Shown: positions 62,855-64,000 of the stretch, in pieces
Position numbering within the stretch: the stretch's first letter is position 1
How the letters are laid out: each line of letters opens with the position of its first letter
DNA from: Hyphochytrium catenoides
Taxonomy: Eukaryota > Protista > Hyphochytriomycota
Direction: 5' to 3'
DNA length: 64,000 nt
Assembly: GCA_900088475.1 (NCBI GenBank)
Contig: FLMG01002721.1
Location: 6,017 to 70,016, forward strand
The notes under the pieces: generated by a model
Databases searched by the model: none
What the model saw: only the letters and a program-made list of their open reading frames with translations
Told to the model about the DNA's origin: nothing
Program-made: the position numbers and the translations under genes

Positions 62855-62890
62855 AGAGAGAGAGAGAGACAGGCACAGAGAGAGAGCGAG

Positions 62891-62927
<37 letters not shown>

Positions 62928-63086
62928 GGAAGATAGGAAGAACAGAAAGGCGATGGGGATCTTAGGACTCGAGGCTAACAGAGAGGTAACGCATCAGAAT
63001 TTATTATAGCCGCTAACGGCATTGAGATCTCGTCTCTGTTTCTTCTGTGCAGAGGAGAGAGAATGAAACACCGAGCAAGAGAGAGA

Positions 63087-63135
<49 letters not shown>

Positions 63136-63137
63136 GC

Positions 63138-63170
<33 letters not shown>

Positions 63171-63245
63171 GGGAGCGAGGTAGGGTGAGAGAGAGGGAAA
63201 GAGACAGAGCGAAGAGAGTGGGAGACAGAGAGACAGAGAGAGAAA
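62855..63245. repeat. (GA)n microsatellite blocks in a divergent intergenic region
   Basis: GA runs at about 62855-62922 and 63078-63245. Confidence 0.9.
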
Positions 63246-63382
63246 CGACGACGCAAGGCAGAAAGAAGAGAGAAAAGTGGAGCAAGGCGGAGGTTCCAAC
63301 CATCTCTCATCATCTGCATTTTATATCTCCCACCGCCATCAGACCGTCCAACACCTCTCCCCTTCCCTGTCGATCCTGGCAG

Positions 63383-64000
63383 ATGAGTGCAGCCGCATAT
63401 GGGCGAGCCGTGAGGCAGCGCTTCGGCTGGCAAGTCATCAAGAAAGGAAGGAAAAGAAGCAGAGACGCACTGTCCACTCTCTCTTCTTCCCTCTTCCCGC
63501 ATTCTTCTCGAAGCCATACAACCTCTGCCTTCTTTGACCGCATAGAGAGGCATGGAGAATCTACCGCTGTCTTTTCTCCTAACGGGATCTTCACATACAG
63601 CCAGCTCTATGCGGCCTCGCGAGATCTTGCGCAGCTGCTCCTAGACGTTGGCCTAGAGAAGGGCGGAGGACGAGAGAGAGACCTCAGAGAGAAGAGAGTC
63701 TTCTCTCTCTGTCCTCCAGATGAGTCTTACGTCGTTTCCCAGTGGGCCTCCTGGCTCTCTGGGGCGATTGCTGTCCCTGGGCACCCTAAGCAGGCCGAGG
63801 GAGAGCTAGAGTACATCTTAGAGAACAGCGATGCGGAGATCGTGTTGGGCCATTCGCGATATAGAGAGAGGCTCCAACCTCTGGCAGCGGCGCTGAACCG
63901 AAAATACATTGAGCTCCCTCCTTCTCTCTCACTTCTCTCTTCCCTCTCACCCCATGGACGAGAGAGAGAGCTGGACGAGTTAGCTCTAGCGGGAGAGAGA
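63383..64000 (+). CDS. ACSF3: Malonyl-CoA synthetase ACSF3-like acyl-CoA synthetase, 5' part (runs off the window)
   Basis: Open frame from ATG 63383: Arg/Ser-rich presequence, then FDRIERHG...FTYSQL...DLREKRVFSLCPPDESYVVSQWASWLSGAIAVP...ELEYILENSDA, matching the ACSF3 N-terminus. Confidence 0.8.
   Translation, partial: MSAAAYGRAVRQRFGWQVIKKGRKRSRDALSTLSSSLFPHSSRSHTTSAFFDRIERHGESTAVFSPNGIFTYSQLYAASRDLAQLLLDVGLEKGGGRERDLREKRVFSLCPPDESYVVSQWASWLSGAIAVPGHPKQAEGELEYILENSDAEIVLGHSRYRERLQPLAAALNRKYIELPPSLSLLSSLSPHGRERELDELALAGER

Overview
Gene-dense, intron-rich eukaryotic nuclear DNA, most likely from a stramenopile (inferred from a stramenopile-type 'LRxGxWTxEEE...CDPMRISKKF' domain). Introns are mostly short GT-AG, many expanded by (AG)/(CT) microsatellites, and there are three N gaps. 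I reconstructed 18 spliced protein-coding genes by eye: GET3/ASNA1 (3' end), a CTP-dependent lipid kinase-like membrane protein, ECO1, NCAPG2, VMP1, NDUFA12, an R3HCC1-like protein, a SHAQKYF-class MYB factor, DDX27, a CaMKK-like kinase, a PSTAIRE CDK, an Erf4/CHIC-like Cys-rich protein, XPO7, a tRNA-splicing endonuclease/kinase fusion, an HU-domain/calcyphosin protein, POLE2, a tRNA-ligase-type kinase protein and ACSF3 (5' end). The most notable features are: (1) a Sen2-type tRNA endonuclease fused in frame to a polynucleotide-kinase-like P-loop domain (47463-49276); (2) a second, separate tRNA-ligase-type kinase module with a long RG-rich N-terminus about 9 kb away (57856-62591); and (3) a protein joining two HU/CCDC81-like domains to two calcyphosin EF-hand modules (49340-53500). 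All family calls rest on recognised motifs; no database search was run. I found no tRNA, rRNA, CRISPR array or transposon.
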